A stretch of DNA of 32,000 nt from Wolbachia endosymbiont of Cimex lectularius (GTDB lineage Bacteria; Pseudomonadota; Alphaproteobacteria; Rickettsiales; Anaplasmataceae): NCBI RefSeq assembly GCF_000829315.1, contig NZ_AP013028.1:90001-122000 (forward strand), read 5' to 3'. Below are positions 28,608-32,000 of the stretch, one piece after another. The notes beneath the pieces were generated by a model that saw only the letters and a program-made list of their open reading frames with translations, had not been told where the DNA came from and did no database searches. The translations under genes and the position numbers were made by a program. Each line of letters opens with the position of its first letter. Position 1 is the stretch's first letter.

Positions 28608-29813
28608 TCAAGCTAACAATGGACCATCAGGTATATTACCAATTACGTTGATCTGATTTAGTATCTTATTAGTGGGGTAAAAATAGTTTTTTATAAATTC
28701 CTTATATATAGCTGTCAATTTGTGTATATCGTCCACTGACACGCATTCATTTACCTGATGTGTGGTTTTATTGATCATACCAAATTCAATCACTGGGCAA
28801 ACATCTTTGATAAATGCAGCATCAGATGTTCCGCCGCTTGTGCTCAGCACAGCGTCGATATTGGTAACTTTATTTATTGCATCAAGCATAATATCAGTAT
28901 CCCTATCGGGAGTAGAGAGAAAAGCGTCCCTGCTGCTATACATGGAGAGTTTATAATCGTTAGTCACACTGGAGCATATTTCATCAATTAACTTATATAA
29001 ACCGCCAGGTGTTTGCATATTGTTGTATCGAATGTTGAAACTTGCAGTTACTGAACCAGGTATTAAATTGTCGGTGTCATTTCCAACATCAATAGTAGTA
29101 ATCTCGCAGTTTGAAGGCTGAAAATATCTATTACCATGATCAAAAGTAGTATTTTTCACCTTATTTAATATCGACATCATCTTATATATTGGATTATCCG
29201 CCAAGTCTGGGTAGGCAACGTGCCCTTGTCTTCCATAGCAAACCAATTTGAATGTTGCGGATCCTCTTCTGCCTATTTTTATAGTATCACCTAGTTTCTC
29301 ACTACTGGTTGGCTCAGCAACTATGCAATAATCTATCTTTTTTTGCTTACTTTCCATCCATTCTAAAACTGCCTTTGTTCCATATTCTTCCATGCTCTCT
29401 TCAGAACTGGTAATCAATGCACTTATTGAGCCATTGAACTGAAACTTTTCCTCAATTAAATTTACCATGGCGGTAATAAATGCGGCTACTCCGCTTTTCA
29501 TGTCGGTTGCTCCTCTTCCATACAACATTCCGTTCCTCACTTCCGGCTTAAACGGATCAGACTGCCAATCCTTCAATTGGCCTGGTGGCACAACATCAAT
29601 ATGGCCAGCAAAACATAAGTTTGGCACCCCATTTATATATTTCGCATAAAGATTTTTAACTCTAGTTTCACTATCACCAAACTCTAAAATCCTACAGTCA
29701 AAACCACTTTTCTTGAGAATTGCTGCTATATGCTCTATTGCTCCATTATCCCTTGGTGTTATACTCTTAAAAGAAATCAATTTCTTAGTTAGTTCTGCAG
29801 GGTCAATCTTCAT
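28608..29813 (-). CDS. dapE: Succinyl-diaminopimelate desuccinylase
   Basis: CFAGHIDVVPPGQLKDWQSDPFKPEVRNGMLYGRGATDMKSGVAAF, TSSEESMEEYGTK, STSGGTSDAAFI, NKTTHQVNECVSV. Confidence 0.96.
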   Translation of the reverse strand: MKIDPAELTKKLISFKSITPRDNGAIEHIAAILKKSGFDCRILEFGDSETRVKNLYAKYINGVPNLCFAGHIDVVPPGQLKDWQSDPFKPEVRNGMLYGRGATDMKSGVAAFITAMVNLIEEKFQFNGSISALITSSEESMEEYGTKAVLEWMESKQKKIDYCIVAEPTSSEKLGDTIKIGRRGSATFKLVCYGRQGHVAYPDLADNPIYKMMSILNKVKNTTFDHGNRYFQPSNCEITTIDVGNDTDNLIPGSVTASFNIRYNNMQTPGGLYKLIDEICSSVTNDYKLSMYSSRDAFLSTPDRDTDIMLDAINKVTNIDAVLSTSGGTSDAAFIKDVCPVIEFGMINKTTHQVNECVSVDDIHKLTAIYKEFIKNYFYPTNKILNQINVIGNIPDGPLLA

Positions 29814-29855
29814 ATCAACCTTGAAATACTGATATTACTATATTGTAGACATCTT

Positions 29856-31214
29856 ATGCACTATTTAAAACAAATATTACACCAAGCCAAGCAAACTCTT
29901 ATAAGAGAAGTAATAATAGATCATCACCTCGCTGATAATATCTATGAAATATGTACACAACACGGAAATGATATTTTCTTAGTTGCAGACGAGAATACGG
30001 CAGAGCTTTTGAATAAAAACGTGCTTAATAAAATTTCTCACTTAATTGTTCCTAGTAATATCATTAGGCCTCTCGCAAAATCCTATGTCATCTCGAATAC
30101 TTCCAAAATTTTGTCATCCCAGTGCTTTGACACTGGGATCCAGAAAAAAAAAGTATGGATTCCAGTGTCAAGCACTGGAATGACACCAGGTAGAGAAACG
30201 ATACCGGACAGTGTTGCTTCTCTCGAAACCGTCAATCTAGTGAGAAACAAGGCAAAAGATAGCGACTTAATAGTTGCACTTGGTAGCGGCACTGTTAATG
30301 ATATTTGCAAGTATGCAAGCTACCTCGAGAAAAAAGATTACATATCGTTCCCAACAGCAGCTTCTATGAACGGCTATACCTCTGCAAATGCTTCAATATT
30401 AGTAGATGGGCATAAAAAATCGTTCGCAGCACATCTTCCCAAGGCAGTATACATCGACATCAATATGATCGCCGACGCACCACTGCGCCTTACATTAAGC
30501 GGATTTGCGGATTTTATCTGTCGTTCAACAGTAGAAGCCGATTGGCTATTATCTCATCTGCTACTTGGCACAGAATATAACGAATTACCTTTCGTACTTG
30601 TTCGCGATCTGGAGGAAATTTTGCTTAGAGAGCACCTAGCTCTTGCAAAAAGAAGCAAAAAAGTGGTCTTATTACTTATGGAAGCCTTGCTAATCTCAGG
30701 ACTTGGAATGGCGATATCAGAGGGCAGCCATTCTGCGAGCCAAGGAGAGCATATGATAGCTCATGCAATGGAAATGCTGACAAAAGATTATTCTTCACTA
30801 CATGGCGAAAAAATTGCTGTTACAACGCTTACCATGGCTAATTTGCAGGAAAAGATATTATCAGTACAAAATCCTACCATTAAACCAACCACTTTAGATG
30901 TAAAGCGTATAACTGAGTGTTTTGGTAATACCGAATTTACAAAAATTCTAGAGCAGAAAAAAATTCTGCAGCAAAAAATTGGAGGGATCATTCATAAGGA
31001 ATGGAATAATATTTCCAGCTTAATTAAGCAAAATTTACTACCTGCAAGACACCTGCAGAAAATATTTGAAGATTTGTCAATTCCACACTTACCAGAGCAT
31101 CTAAATTGGAACAAAGAGCAATATTGCAAAGTGGTTAACTTTGCATTTGCAACAAGAGACAGATTCACCTTTCTTGACTTGGCGCACTGCATAGAAGAAA
31201 GTGAAGTTTTGTAG
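29856..31214 (+). CDS. AraM/EgsA-like sn-glycerol-1-phosphate dehydrogenase family protein with in-frame palindromic-element insertion
   Basis: DLIVALGSGTVNDICKYASYLEKKDYISFPTAASMNGYTSANASI, SGFADFICRSTVEADWLLSHLL, GLGMAISEGSHSASQGEHMIAHAMEML. Confidence 0.82.
   Translation: MHYLKQILHQAKQTLIREVIIDHHLADNIYEICTQHGNDIFLVADENTAELLNKNVLNKISHLIVPSNIIRPLAKSYVISNTSKILSSQCFDTGIQKKKVWIPVSSTGMTPGRETIPDSVASLETVNLVRNKAKDSDLIVALGSGTVNDICKYASYLEKKDYISFPTAASMNGYTSANASILVDGHKKSFAAHLPKAVYIDINMIADAPLRLTLSGFADFICRSTVEADWLLSHLLLGTEYNELPFVLVRDLEEILLREHLALAKRSKKVVLLLMEALLISGLGMAISEGSHSASQGEHMIAHAMEMLTKDYSSLHGEKIAVTTLTMANLQEKILSVQNPTIKPTTLDVKRITECFGNTEFTKILEQKKILQQKIGGIIHKEWNNISSLIKQNLLPARHLQKIFEDLSIPHLPEHLNWNKEQYCKVVNFAFATRDRFTFLDLAHCIEESEVL
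30111..30188. repeat. Palindromic element (WPE-like) inside the AraM-like gene
   Basis: TTGTCATCCCAGTGCTTTGACACTGGGATCCAGAAAAAAAAAGTATGGATTCCAGTGTCAAGCACTGGAATGACACC; encodes LSSQCFDTGIQKKKVWIPVSSTGMTP. Confidence 0.95.
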
Positions 31215-31237
31215 TGGCTGGTTTGTTGCTAAAAAAA

Positions 31238-31939
31238 TTATAGGTCAACAAAAAAATTTGAATTGTGGGTTGCACATTCTTTGCTTGCATGAGTAACGTT
31301 TACACATTCTAGCTTACTACTACACAACAGGTATCCACCAAGTATAATACCTGCTACAGCTGGAGTAACGCTAACAACTGCACTTTTTTCTGCAATAGCA
31401 ATGATTCCTGTAACAATACAGATAGTGACCAGTGCAACAGCAGTATACTTTTGTGCATTTCGTTTCTCTTCAGAATTTATTTGATTCAAATAATTCTCAA
31501 ATGTTTCCTTAATTTCTTTGTCTTGCATTTTGTTAATTTCGCCACAAAGCTCTTTAAACTTTCTCAGATCTTTGTGTTTCAACCATAATATATCTTCCCT
31601 AACTACTTGATCGTCCAATAAGTAATCAGACACATAACTTCTCTTATCATTTGGCCTTTTGATGCATAGCACACTAGGTATTTCCCTTGTAAGATACACA
31701 CGAATCACTCCATAATTAATTAACATTGCATACAGCACAATATTTAATTTGTTCTGCGGATCACTAGTTATATCTTTACTTTTCAAACACAATACTAGAG
31801 AAGTAGTACTTAAATATTTCATATCATCTGTGATGGAAGAGCGTAAAATGATTTCAACTGCTTTTAAGAAATTTCCATTACCGACAAAATTAAAACCTAC
31901 GCCCTTATTTGCATTTATGAAACAGGTTATGTTTTGCAT
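31238..31939 (-). CDS. Hypothetical protein (233 aa) with C-terminal pair of TM segments
   Basis: Intact ORF; 'ALVTICIVTGIIAIAE' and 'SVTPAVAGIILGGYLLC' hydrophobic segments near the C-terminus. Confidence 0.6.
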   Translation of the reverse strand: MQNITCFINANKGVGFNFVGNGNFLKAVEIILRSSITDDMKYLSTTSLVLCLKSKDITSDPQNKLNIVLYAMLINYGVIRVYLTREIPSVLCIKRPNDKRSYVSDYLLDDQVVREDILWLKHKDLRKFKELCGEINKMQDKEIKETFENYLNQINSEEKRNAQKYTAVALVTICIVTGIIAIAEKSAVVSVTPAVAGIILGGYLLCSSKLECVNVTHASKECATHNSNFFVDL

Positions 31940-32000
31940 AACAAGTTGCTTATAAAATCCGCTTAATTTACTTCCATTTACTAGTCTTTTGAATTCTGTT

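Overview
This 32 kb window looks like Wolbachia (Rickettsiales) chromosome: AT-rich, with short overlapping housekeeping genes, an IS5-family copy and interspersed palindromic repeats. Supported coding content: a partial Rpn/PD-(D/E)XK-type ORF at the left edge, a truncated DsbD/ScsB-like membrane domain, a degenerate tRNA-His-like gene, a Fic-domain protein, dapB-pstB, dxr, hemJ, pdhA, tldD, tRNA-Leu(CAG), hslVU, a GshA-like ligase, hemH, ndk, znuA and znuC, ubiB, petB-petC, uvrB, dapE, an AraM/EgsA-like dehydrogenase, and several small lineage-specific membrane proteins. No CRISPR array or recognisable multi-gene defence island is visible. The two best signals are repeat-based. (1) A roughly 450 bp composite intergenic repeat occurs at 4-5 loci. 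Each locus has a near-perfect sigma70-like promoter (TTGACA-N17-TATAAT) followed in the full copies by a conserved TGCAC-ATA-GTGCA palindrome, which suggests a multicopy promoter-driven RNA or regulatory element. (2) Wolbachia palindromic elements are inserted in frame inside at least three conserved genes (hemH, petC, araM-like), and one supplies the C-terminus of a membrane protein. Other notable items are a 5'-overlapping divergent znuA/znuC pair, an in-frame amber codon in a small ORF, and a frameshifted IS5-type element with perfect inverted repeats and a TTA target duplication immediately after the gshA-like stop.
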